From contig CBDCQT010000007.1 in assembly GCA_965220745.1 (NCBI GenBank), positions 160,001 to 224,000 of the forward strand: 64,000 nucleotides of DNA, given 5' to 3'. Under the pieces are notes generated by a model. The model was not told where the DNA came from. It was given only the letters and a program-made list of their open reading frames with translations, and searched no databases. Below are positions 55,880 through 64,000 of the stretch, piece by piece (the stretch's first letter is position 1; every line of letters starts with the position of its first letter). The position numbers were made by a program, and so were the translations under genes. Source of the stretch: Alphaproteobacteria bacterium. Lineage in GTDB: Bacteria > Pseudomonadota > Alphaproteobacteria > UBA828.

Positions 55880-56091
55880 GACTACTCCTTTCACAAAGTT
55901 TAGCGCCCGCGCCGCGCTGGGCGGCATCGCGGGTATTAGAGGCGCAGCGTGTCTCTAGAGTAGCTTGGCCCGGCTGGAGCCAGTCAGCGAGATACATCAA
56001 GGTCACGTGCAACCGACCGGCCCCTTGTTGGTCCATTGTCGCGCGCTTTGCAAGGGGATTTCGCGTCTTGCCATCAGCGCGAGGGCAGGCC

Positions 56092-57753
56092 TTAGTTCCC
56101 TTTCGGCAGCAGCTTGAACGCCCATTTGACCGTGGTGGAGTCCTCGATTGGGCCGGTCAGCGCGACCTGCGAGGTGCGTCGCCGGGTGACGCCGTCTCCA
56201 GCGTAGACGCTCTCGTCGATGCTGATGGACGCGCCGGCGCCGCGCATCTGCCATATCGCGCCGCTGGGGAGCCGCAGGAGGACGGCCCGCCGATCCTCGG
56301 TCATCGCGCAAGTCACCTCGGGATGCAGGTGGAAGCGCAAAGCGAATTCCCGGCCTCGTTGTCGGCGTCGCCTGATATGCGAGAGCGTATCCTCACCGCG
56401 CACATCGGCGCCTTCGTGGCCCGCGTAGAGCCTGCGCTTGTGGATCAGGCCGAGCGTGTCGAGGTAACCGTCGTGGCTGGAGTCGATCCAGGTCGCGCCG
56501 TCCTGATCGCGCCGCTCGACCTTCACAGTGGTCGGACCGTCCGAAATCGCGCCGTCCTCGCCGAGGGTCGCGGAGTTGGTATCGTCGACCACGAGCGTGC
56601 TGTGGGCCGCGGTGCCGCGCAGCGCCTCGCGCCATCCGGCGTTGCCGCCGCGCCAGCCGCCGCAGTTCACGATGAGGCGCTCTCGGCCTGCACTCATCTC
56701 GAAGCTCAACGTGCCGGCGTGGGCCCAGCGCCCGGTGGTCGACGGCGCGCCTGTATCCGCGATCAGGGTAGAGTGTCTGCCCTCGACGCGCCGGAATCCC
56801 ATATAGGGTGCGTCGAGGGGGGTGGTTTCGCTACCGGCCGCCGCCCGGCTGAGGGCGAGGTCGATCGGTCCCCGTTTCTCCTCGACACTGCCGTTGAAGA
56901 GAGCGAAGCCACCGTCGCCGTGGCGGAACGTGCGGAGTGTCGTCGCGAGCCGGGCGATCGCCTCCGAGAGCGCCTGCCCCGCCGGATGCTCGCTCGCGTC
57001 GAGGGTCGCGCGCAGTCCCGCGAGGCACCAGATTGCTGCCAGGTGCGTCGACGGATTGCGTTCGACGTAGCCACCGTCGCCGAGCACCTGCTCCGTCAGC
57101 GCCGCCTCGAGGAGCTTCAGGCCCTGGGCGACACGGCGCTCGCCGTCGGGCAGGCATAGCCCGCTTTCGATCAATCCCCGATAAGCGAGCAATCGGGGTA
57201 GCCCTTCGCCGGCGTTGCGGGCGGTCCGCATCAGATGACGAGCCTGAAGATCGAGCGCCTGATGGAAGCGCTGGGTGAGCTCGTCGTCGGCGCCCTGCAA
57301 CAGGAATTCGCCGTGGGCGAGCCAGGCCGAGAGGCGCCGCCCGATAACCTCCGGCGTCCACGCCGCCGTGTTGTCGAGCGAGCGATGCTGCCGCAGCCAG
57401 TCGAGCACCATGGTACGGCCGCGCTCGGCCGCCGGGCTGGTGCCCGCCGCGCGCAAGTCGCGCAGCCAGTCGAAGCCGTGCAGCTCGGCGAGCCAGTAAT
57501 CGCCGGCTTCCCGATGGCGCCAGGGCGTGTCGCCGCGCTCGCCGACCTCGGCGGCGCGGACCGCCTGGCCGCCGAATTCGTAGAGGCCCGCAACGAGCGC
57601 ATCGCCGCGCCCGGCGACGCCGGGCACGGGGTCGATCGAGCGGTGCACGAGCCGTTGGGTAGCGCCTCGCCGGCGCGATTCGGAGGTGCGACTGCGGAAC
57701 CAGCGCAGGGCACCAAGAAAGACCGTCGAGGCCTGCCCGTCGCTCGCGCCCAT
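56092..57753 (-). CDS. Heparinase II/III family protein
   Basis: LHGFDWLRDL, QVLGDGGYVERNP, FRHGDGGFALFNG, HAGTLSFEMS and TAAHSTL. Start uncertain. Confidence 0.88.
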   Translation of the reverse strand: MGASDGQASTVFLGALRWFRSRTSESRRRGATQRLVHRSIDPVPGVAGRGDALVAGLYEFGGQAVRAAEVGERGDTPWRHREAGDYWLAELHGFDWLRDLRAAGTSPAAERGRTMVLDWLRQHRSLDNTAAWTPEVIGRRLSAWLAHGEFLLQGADDELTQRFHQALDLQARHLMRTARNAGEGLPRLLAYRGLIESGLCLPDGERRVAQGLKLLEAALTEQVLGDGGYVERNPSTHLAAIWCLAGLRATLDASEHPAGQALSEAIARLATTLRTFRHGDGGFALFNGSVEEKRGPIDLALSRAAAGSETTPLDAPYMGFRRVEGRHSTLIADTGAPSTTGRWAHAGTLSFEMSAGRERLIVNCGGWRGGNAGWREALRGTAAHSTLVVDDTNSATLGEDGAISDGPTTVKVERRDQDGATWIDSSHDGYLDTLGLIHKRRLYAGHEGADVRGEDTLSHIRRRRQRGREFALRFHLHPEVTCAMTEDRRAVLLRLPSGAIWQMRGAGASISIDESVYAGDGVTRRRTSQVALTGPIEDSTTVKWAFKLLPKGN

Positions 57754-57767
57754 GGGGCCGGGTGGGG

Positions 57768-58499
57768 TTAGGAGGTCGCCGCGCCGATTGCGCGCGGCCC
57801 CGTCCGGGCGCCGCGTGACGCCGTTCGTCCCGCCTCCCCAGCTGCCCTCAGTCGCGCGACATTGCCGGGATACTCGGCCTGGCCGCCGGCAAAGCTTGCG
57901 GAGCCCGCGACCAGCACATCGGCGCCGGCGCGTGAGGCAAGGCCGGCCGTATGCTCGTCGATTCCGCCATCGACAGAGAGGTCGATGGCGCGCCCGCTTG
58001 CGTCGATGAGCGCCCTGAGTTGTTCGATCTTGGCTAGCTGACTTGGAATGAACCGCTGGCCGCCGAATCCCGGGTTGACGGACATCACCAGAACGAGATC
58101 GACATCGCCGAGCACAGGCTCGACCGCGTGAGCCGGTGTCGCCGGATTGAGCGCGACCCCGGCCCGTTTGCCCGTGCTCTTGATGCGCTGGAGCGTGCGG
58201 TGCAAGTGGGCGCCCGCCTCGACGTGAACGGTGATGCTGTCGGCGCCGGCCTCGGCAAACGGCTCGATGTAGGAATCGACCGGCGAGACCATCAAATGCA
58301 CGTCGAAGGGCAGCGTGCTGTGGGGTCTGAGCGCCGCGACGACGCCCGCGCCGATGGTCAGGTTGGGCACGAAATGCCCGTCCATCACATCGACGTGCAG
58401 CCAGTCCGCACCGGCGTCTGAGACCGCCCGCACCTCCTCGCCAAGGCACGAAAAGTCGGCCGCCAGAACGGACGCTGCGATCCGGAGCTCCTGCTGCAT
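57768..58499 (-). CDS. rpe: Ribulose-phosphate 3-epimerase
   Basis: WLHVDVMDGHFVPN, DVHLM, MSVNPGFGGQ and VDGGI. Confidence 0.97.
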   Translation of the reverse strand: MQQELRIAASVLAADFSCLGEEVRAVSDAGADWLHVDVMDGHFVPNLTIGAGVVAALRPHSTLPFDVHLMVSPVDSYIEPFAEAGADSITVHVEAGAHLHRTLQRIKSTGKRAGVALNPATPAHAVEPVLGDVDLVLVMSVNPGFGGQRFIPSQLAKIEQLRALIDASGRAIDLSVDGGIDEHTAGLASRAGADVLVAGSASFAGGQAEYPGNVARLRAAGEAGRTASRGARTGPRAIGAATS

Positions 58500-58518
58500 G
58501 GCGAGGTCTGGTACCAGC

Positions 58519-59832
58519 TTAGGGAAGGTGCCGCAAGCGTGCGGCATAGAAACCGTCCATTCCGCCCTGCTCCGCCCAATGGCACGGCAAGGTGCGCAGA
58601 TCGCCGGCCGTGGTGACGGCTTCAGGAAGGCCCGGCAGCTCGTCCGCGCGCACCGGAAAGCGCGCGAAGCTGGGCGACGCAGCGAGAAATGAGCCCACTT
58701 GGCGCTCGCATTCCTCGGGCTGGAGCGAGCAGCTCACGTAGACCAGCAGGCCCCCCGGCGCCACCATGGCGGCGGCGCACGCGAGCAGGCGTCCTTGCAA
58801 GGCTGCGAGGCGTTCCACGTCGGCGGGGCCGCGAAGGTGCGGGATGTCCGGATGGCGCCGGATGGTCCCGGTTGCGGTGCACGGCGCATCGACGAGCACC
58901 ATGCCCGCCTGTGCCGGCGGCCTCCACTCCAGAGCATCGGCTTCGACGGTCTCGGCTTCGAGGCGGAGCCTGGCGAGGTTCTCCTTGAGCCGGGCGAGAC
59001 GCGGAGCTGAGCGGTCGACGGCGGATACGCGTGCGCCGGCGGCGGCGAGCTGGGCGGTCTTGCCGCCGGGCGCGGCGCCGATCTCCAACACCCGCTTGCC
59101 TGCGACAGCGCCAAGCAGACGAGCCGGCAGCGCCGCCGCCGCATCCTGCACCCACCACTGGCCCGCGTCATAGCCGGCGAGGCGCGTCACGTCGCCGGCG
59201 CCGCGCAGCCGGAGTGTGCCTCCGGGCAGACGCTGCGAGCCAAGTGTGGCACGCAGTGCCTCGACGCGGTCTTCTGCGTCAGAGACCGGCGAGAGGTCGA
59301 GCGGCGGCTCGCCCAGATGGGCCTCGGCGATGACCCGACAGCGAGCCTCGCCATAGGCCGAGCACCAACTCTCCCAGAGCCAGTCGGGGGTATTGAGTCG
59401 GGGCGCGTCGAGCGCCGCGATGGCGCCGTGCTCGCGGCTGGCGCGGCGCAGCACCGCGTTGACCAGCCCGCGATAGGGTGAGAGCCGCGATCCGTGTGCG
59501 AGCGCCACGGTGCTCGCCACCGCCGCGTGCGCGGGCGTTTCGAGGAAGGCGAGTTGGCAGACTCCGAGGCGCAGCAGGTCCTGCACCGCTCCCCGCCGCG
59601 CCGGCAAGGGGCGGTCCATGAGCTTGGCCAGAAAGGCGTCGATCTGGCCGAGGCGGCGGAGCGTGGTGAGCAGCAGCAGGCGCGCGAAGGCAGCATCGCG
59701 CGAGGTGAGCGCATCCAATCCCGGCGCAGCATTGAGTGCTTGGTCGAGCGTGCAGCCCCGGCGCAGGATTGCGCCCAGCGCATGGGCCGCGACGGCGCGC
59801 GCGGCGCGCGGCGGGCTACTGGTCGACGACAA
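58519..59832 (-). CDS. rsmB: RsmB/Sun 16S rRNA C5 methyltransferase with NusB-like N-domain
   Basis: GLVNAVLRR, WVQDAAA, AAPGGKT, VDAPCTATGTIRRHPD, SCSLQPEE and MDGFYAARL; probable TTG start at 59832. Confidence 0.92.
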   Translation of the reverse strand: MSSTSSPPRAARAVAAHALGAILRRGCTLDQALNAAPGLDALTSRDAAFARLLLLTTLRRLGQIDAFLAKLMDRPLPARRGAVQDLLRLGVCQLAFLETPAHAAVASTVALAHGSRLSPYRGLVNAVLRRASREHGAIAALDAPRLNTPDWLWESWCSAYGEARCRVIAEAHLGEPPLDLSPVSDAEDRVEALRATLGSQRLPGGTLRLRGAGDVTRLAGYDAGQWWVQDAAAALPARLLGAVAGKRVLEIGAAPGGKTAQLAAAGARVSAVDRSAPRLARLKENLARLRLEAETVEADALEWRPPAQAGMVLVDAPCTATGTIRRHPDIPHLRGPADVERLAALQGRLLACAAAMVAPGGLLVYVSCSLQPEECERQVGSFLAASPSFARFPVRADELPGLPEAVTTAGDLRTLPCHWAEQGGMDGFYAARLRHLP

Positions 59833-60991
59833 AGCCGTCGCGGTGTTCCCGCATGGTGACCGGGCGCTGGATCGGCGGGCGGCCCTCCGCGGCGCTGGGC
59901 GCGATTGCCACGCCGAGGCCGGGCACATCGGGGATGGCGACGAATCCGTCCTCCATGGGCGGCACGCCGATGACCACGTCCGAGCCGAGGAGCTGGAGAC
60001 TGGTCTCCATCTTCAGCGCCTCGAAGCCGGTCGTGTATTCCTGGATCGCGAAGTTGGGGATCGCGGCGGCAAGATGGAGGCAGGCGGCAAGGCCCAAGGG
60101 CGAGAGCGGGTTGTGGGGCGCCACCAACACGTGATGGGCCTCGGCCATCGCGGCCACCTTGCGCGCGCCGGTGATGCCGCCACAGAGCGCGACATCCACG
60201 CGTGCGAAGCCCGCGCCGTCACGCGCGAAAAGGGCGCGGAAGTCGTGCAGCGAGGCGTAACGCTCCCCGGTCGCAATGGGCGCATGCACGCGGCGCGCGA
60301 CCTCGGCCATGGCGTCCGGGTTCTCGGGCCGGATCGGGTCTTCGCACCAGTAGGGCAGATAGGGCTCGATGCGCGGGATGAAGTCGATGGCTTCGGCCGG
60401 GGTAAGCCGCCGATGCAGCTCCAGCAGCATGTCGACCTCGCCGCCGAGCGCCTCGCGCACCCGGCGCACGGTCTCTACCGCGCGGCCCATGTGGGCCACG
60501 TGGGAGGCGAAGAAGGGCTCGTCCTCGCGCTCGTCGAGGAAGGGGTTGATGTGGCCCACCGCGTTGAAGCCTGCCTCCTTGAGGGCAACGCAGTTCTCCA
60601 CCAGCTCTTCGGTGGTCTTGCCGTAGGCGTGGCCGTAGACACGCGCCCGCTCCCGGCACGGGCCGCCGAGGAGGGAGTGGACCGGGACGCCCAGCGCTTT
60701 GCCCTTGATATCCCAGAGCGCGATGTCGATCGCCGCGATGGCGCCGTTGATGGCCGCGCCCTGGAAGTGGCTGAAGCGGTGCATCAGGCTCCAGTGGCGC
60801 TCGATGGGTCCTGGGTCTTTTCCCATGAGATGTTCGGCGAAGGTCTCGATGGCGGCGCGGGAGGCAGCGAGATGCCCCCAGGTGCCCGATTCCCCGAGCC
60901 CGATGATGCCGGCGTCGGTCTCGATCTCGACGAAAAGGAACTGGCCGATCGAGACCGGCGTGACGGCGGTGATCTTCATGGGTTGAGACAT
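59816..60991 (-). CDS. Mandelate racemase / acid-sugar dehydratase family enolase (DgoD-like)
   Basis: FVEIETDAGIIGLGE, IDIALWDIKGK, ELHRR, EDP, ATGE, APHNP and PNFAIQE. Confidence 0.9.
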   Translation of the reverse strand: MSQPMKITAVTPVSIGQFLFVEIETDAGIIGLGESGTWGHLAASRAAIETFAEHLMGKDPGPIERHWSLMHRFSHFQGAAINGAIAAIDIALWDIKGKALGVPVHSLLGGPCRERARVYGHAYGKTTEELVENCVALKEAGFNAVGHINPFLDEREDEPFFASHVAHMGRAVETVRRVREALGGEVDMLLELHRRLTPAEAIDFIPRIEPYLPYWCEDPIRPENPDAMAEVARRVHAPIATGERYASLHDFRALFARDGAGFARVDVALCGGITGARKVAAMAEAHHVLVAPHNPLSPLGLAACLHLAAAIPNFAIQEYTTGFEALKMETSLQLLGSDVVIGVPPMEDGFVAIPDVPGLGVAIAPSAAEGRPPIQRPVTMREHRDGFVVDQ

Positions 60992-60999
60992 CCTATGGC

Positions 61000-62166
61000 T
61001 CAGTCCACCGGCTCCAGCCTGAGCAACATGCCGTCGGGGTGGTCGGTGAGCAGGTAGATGAGGCCGTCCGGCCCCTGGCGCACATCGCGGATGCGCTCTT
61101 CCAGGTCTTCGAGCATACGCTCCTCCACCACGACCCTGCCGCCCGCGACCTCCAGGCGCACCAGGAGCTCGCCGGAGAGCGCGCCGGCGAAGAAGCTCCC
61201 GCGCCAGGCGGGGAAGCGGTCCGCGTCGTAGATCATGAGCCCGGACGGCGAGATAGATGGCACCCAGTAATGCACCGGCTGGGCCATGCCTTCTTTGTGG
61301 GTGCCCTCGCCGATCTTGAAGCCCATGTAGCTCTTGCCGTAGGTGATCACCGGCCAGCCGTAGTTCACCCCCGGCTGGATCAGGTTCAGCTCGTCGCCGC
61401 CCTTGGGCCCGTGCTCGATGGCGTAGATGCGTCCCGTCGCTGCCTCGCGCGTCATGCCCTGGGGGTTGCGGTGGCCGACGGAGTAGAGCTCGGGCCGCGC
61501 GCCAGCAGTCCCGACGAAGGGATTGTCCTCAGGCACGCGCCCGTCGTCGTGGAGGCGGATGATGCTGCCCGCCGGGTCGTCCAGCTCCTGGGCGCGGTCT
61601 GAATCGCCCCGATCGCCGGCGGTGACGAAGAGGTAACCGTCGGCGAAGACCAGGCGCGAGCCGAAGTGTCGGCCATTGTCGTCGCGTGGCAGTGCAACGT
61701 AGAGCTCCTCCGCATCCTCCAGGCGGTCGCCGACGAGCCGGCCGCGCGCGACCGCGGTAGCGGCCTCGTCATCGTCGTCGGGACTCGCGTAGGAAAGATA
61801 GACGAGGCCGTTCTCGGCGAAATCCGGGTGCAGGGCCACGTCGAGCAGCCCGCCCTGGCCGTCGTCCCACACATCGGGCACGCCTGAGACCGGTTCGGCC
61901 ACGAGTTTGCCACCATCGACGATACGGAGCCTGCCGGGGCGCTCGGTCACCAGCATCCGCCCGTCGGGCAGGAAGGCGAGGCCCCAGGGGTGCTCCAGCC
62001 CGTCAGTTACCTTGACCAGATGGAAGCGCTGCTTGGCGGTCTCGTACGTGCCCAGCCGCTCGGCCGCCGCCAGCGGCTCGACCGCGCCGAGGCAAAGCGC
62101 TGCCATCGCGAGCAGGGTCCAGACGGTGCCCCAGGTTCGTACTGTGTTGGCGTGGCCTTTTGACAC
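61000..62166 (-). CDS. PQQ-dependent aldose sugar dehydrogenase (YliI/Asd family)
   Basis: Signal peptide; LEHPWGLAFLPDG, GQGGLLDV, HFGSRL, GHRNPQG, EHGPKGGDELN and RIRDVRQGPDG. Confidence 0.93.
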   Translation of the reverse strand: MSKGHANTVRTWGTVWTLLAMAALCLGAVEPLAAAERLGTYETAKQRFHLVKVTDGLEHPWGLAFLPDGRMLVTERPGRLRIVDGGKLVAEPVSGVPDVWDDGQGGLLDVALHPDFAENGLVYLSYASPDDDDEAATAVARGRLVGDRLEDAEELYVALPRDDNGRHFGSRLVFADGYLFVTAGDRGDSDRAQELDDPAGSIIRLHDDGRVPEDNPFVGTAGARPELYSVGHRNPQGMTREAATGRIYAIEHGPKGGDELNLIQPGVNYGWPVITYGKSYMGFKIGEGTHKEGMAQPVHYWVPSISPSGLMIYDADRFPAWRGSFFAGALSGELLVRLEVAGGRVVVEERMLEDLEERIRDVRQGPDGLIYLLTDHPDGMLLRLEPVD

Positions 62167-62309
62167 GGCCTGCTTTTCCCTTCCGGTGCGCGGACCCTAT
62201 CACCGCGAACGGGCGGCACGCCAGCGCCCCACGACCCGCACAGGGTTGCGGCTGGCGTTCGCTTGGGCCACCGTTCCGGCACAGTGATGAAGCGATGGGA
62301 CTGCGCGCA

Positions 62310-62885
62310 ATGACACGGCAGATCAGCCCTGCCCTGCTGCAACGGGACCGTTCGGCCCTGGTCGTCATCGACATGCAGGAGCGGCTGATGCCGGTGATCG
62401 CGGAGGGCGAGACGGTGACGCGCGCGGCCGGCGTCCTGATCGAGGCATCGCGGCAGCTCGAAGTGCCGGTGGTCGTGACGGAGCAGTATCCCAAGGGCCT
62501 CGGCCCCACCGTCGACGCCATCGCAGGTCGGCTTCCCAACGATGCGACGGTCGTCGAGAAGATGACCTTCAGCGCCGCGCGCAGTCATGACTTCGCCTCT
62601 CAACTCGACGGGTTCCGGGCCGCGGGGCGCGATCACATCGTGGTCTGCGGTGTCGAAAGTCATGTCTGTGTGATGCAGACCGCCGCCGACCTCGACGCGC
62701 AGGGCTACACAGTCCATATCGTCGCCGACGCCTGCGGCTCGCGCGCACCCGCCAGCAAGGACGCCGCGCTGGCCAGGTTCGGGGCGATGGGCGTCTCTTG
62801 CGTGACCACCGAGATGGCACTGTTCGAGTGGCTGGAGGTTGCGAGCACGCCGGAGTTCAAGGCTGTCTCCCGCCTCGTCAAGTAG
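62310..62885 (+). CDS. Isochorismatase family hydrolase (YcaC/ISOC-like)
   Basis: VIDMQERL, TEQYPKGLG, EKMTFS and GVESHVCVMQT. Confidence 0.92.
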   Translation: MTRQISPALLQRDRSALVVIDMQERLMPVIAEGETVTRAAGVLIEASRQLEVPVVVTEQYPKGLGPTVDAIAGRLPNDATVVEKMTFSAARSHDFASQLDGFRAAGRDHIVVCGVESHVCVMQTAADLDAQGYTVHIVADACGSRAPASKDAALARFGAMGVSCVTTEMALFEWLEVASTPEFKAVSRLVK

Positions 62886-62927
62886 GTCGCGCGAGACCGT
62901 CGCGGGATTGCGGGGAAATAGGGGCCG

Positions 62928-63485
62928 ATGCTGGTTCGCCGGATGGTGCTTGGCACGGCGGTCGCGGTGGTGCTGCTCGTCGGTGCAGTGCCTTATGCCA
63001 ACGCGACGCAGATCATCCTGATCGGCGGCGGCTCGGAGGGCAGCGTTCCCACCCACGCGGCGCGCCAGATTTGCGCTCTGGTGGACGAGAGTGCCGGCGA
63101 CAAGTACGGCTGCATCGCGCGTACGGCACCGGGGTCGGTCTTCATCGTTCGCGCGATCGATATCGGCCTGATGGAGTTCGGCTTTGCCCAATCCAAAGGC
63201 GTTCACGAGGCCGTCGTCGGCTCGGGCGCGTGGGAGGGCGAGCCAGTGGCGGGCCTGCGGGCCGTCTTCCGCCTGTCCCCAGAGACAGCAGAGCTCGTGA
63301 CCGGCGCCGATATCGCCGACGATCTCGTCTACGACGTGGTGCGAACCGTGTTCGAGGCACTCGACGTGTTGCGGAGCGCGCATCCGGCGCTCAACGGCCT
63401 GGATCCCACGGCGATGCTGGAGGGGCTCTCGGCGCCCCTGCATCCCGGCGCCGCGCGCTACTATCAGGAGCGGGGATGGCTCTAG
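62928..63485 (+). CDS. TAXI-family TRAP solute-binding protein lacking domain II
   Basis: Signal peptide; the TAXI N-half (IC...C, GSV, FGFAQS, LRAVF) is joined directly to the TAXI C-terminal segment (LVTGADIADDLVYDVV...APLHPGAARYYQERGW); only 185 aa. Confidence 0.8.
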   Translation: MLVRRMVLGTAVAVVLLVGAVPYANATQIILIGGGSEGSVPTHAARQICALVDESAGDKYGCIARTAPGSVFIVRAIDIGLMEFGFAQSKGVHEAVVGSGAWEGEPVAGLRAVFRLSPETAELVTGADIADDLVYDVVRTVFEALDVLRSAHPALNGLDPTAMLEGLSAPLHPGAARYYQERGWL

Positions 63486-63519
63486 GCGCGGCCATGACAA
63501 GCATCCGGACACCATAGCC

Positions 63520-64000
63520 ATGCGGCTCTCCCCGAGGCGGCGTGCGCCGTCGATCCGGCGCTCGGACTGGCACCCTGCCCCGGCACAGGTGCCCGAGGGC
63601 GAGCGGGTCTACGCCATCGGCGACATTCACGGCCGCCTCGACCTGCTGCACATGCTGGTCGACGCGATCGAGGAGGAGCAGCGTGGCCTGCCGCCCTTAC
63701 GCCCCACCGTGGTGTTCCTGGGCGATTACGTGGACCGAGGGCCTGAGTCGCGCGGGGTCATCGATTTTTTGCTGGAGCAGCCGCTGCCCGATTTCGCGCG
63801 GGTGCATCTGCGCGGCAACCACGAGGACTGGTTCGAGAGCTTCCGTTCCGATATGTCCGTCGGGCCAAGCTGGCTCTATTGCGGGGGCGCGGAGACGCTC
63901 GCGAGCTATGGCCTCCGGGCAACACCTGGTGAGGACGATCCGATGCGGCTCCGGGCGCTGCAGGCGGACCTCGCGACGGCGCTTCCCGCGTCCCACCGCG
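63520..64000 (+). CDS. Metallophosphoesterase (Ser/Thr phosphatase-like), runs off the window
   Basis: Translated by hand: RVYAIGDIHGRLDLL, VFLGDYVDRGPES and LRGNHE. Confidence 0.92.
   Translation, partial: MRLSPRRRAPSIRRSDWHPAPAQVPEGERVYAIGDIHGRLDLLHMLVDAIEEEQRGLPPLRPTVVFLGDYVDRGPESRGVIDFLLEQPLPDFARVHLRGNHEDWFESFRSDMSVGPSWLYCGGAETLASYGLRATPGEDDPMRLRALQADLATALPASHR

Noticed and set aside
56092-57753. Heparinase II/III gene as evidence of host glycan degradation
   Set aside because: This family is a routine neighbour of rsmB/rpe in alphaproteobacteria, and no sulfatases or polysaccharide-utilisation genes are nearby.
8363-58449. Apparent long N-terminal extensions or fusions in the ORF track (8363-10126, 14192-16573, 44455-45795, 47726-49453, 53229-54512, 56092-58449)
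   Set aside because: The extensions are Arg/Pro/Gly-rich off-frame readings of neighbouring genes. Plausible downstream starts exist and I saw no frameshift signal.
1-64000. CRISPR arrays, IS elements, prophage genes, CtrA boxes (TTAA-N7-TTAA), dispersed REP-like repeats
   Set aside because: None seen on reading; intergenic hairpins differ from one another. A computational repeat search would be more sensitive.

Overview
A very GC-rich alphaproteobacterial chromosome segment. The order is not identifiable from sequence; gene order suggests a Rhodospirillales-like lineage (inference). About two-thirds is conserved housekeeping: dnaB-cfa-rplI-rpsR-rpsF, fabD-fabG-acpP-fabF-mltG-yicC-gmk, rsmA-surA-lptD-lptG-lptF, tRNA-Cys, leuS-lptE-holA, ccmDEFGHI and rsmB-rpe-heparinase-like. 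Between these sit accessory nutrient and stress modules: an N-carbamoylsarcosine amidase with two amidases; a porin with a Pho-box-like promoter; a 2OG-Fe(II) oxygenase; a CUT1 ABC importer followed by an intradiol dioxygenase; a divergent Amt transporter with a small membrane partner and a structured leader; EamA exporters; a NUDIX-RND-endonuclease V operon; a DUF433/DUF5615 toxin-antitoxin pair; cspA; and a TAXI-type binding protein missing its second lobe. I saw no CRISPR array, prophage, integrase or transposase. The best leads for undescribed biology are the Amt + small protein + switch-like leader unit (42529-44451), the single-lobe TAXI protein (62928-63485) and the asymmetric ABC ATPase pair. 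All family calls come from motif recognition by eye, not database searches.
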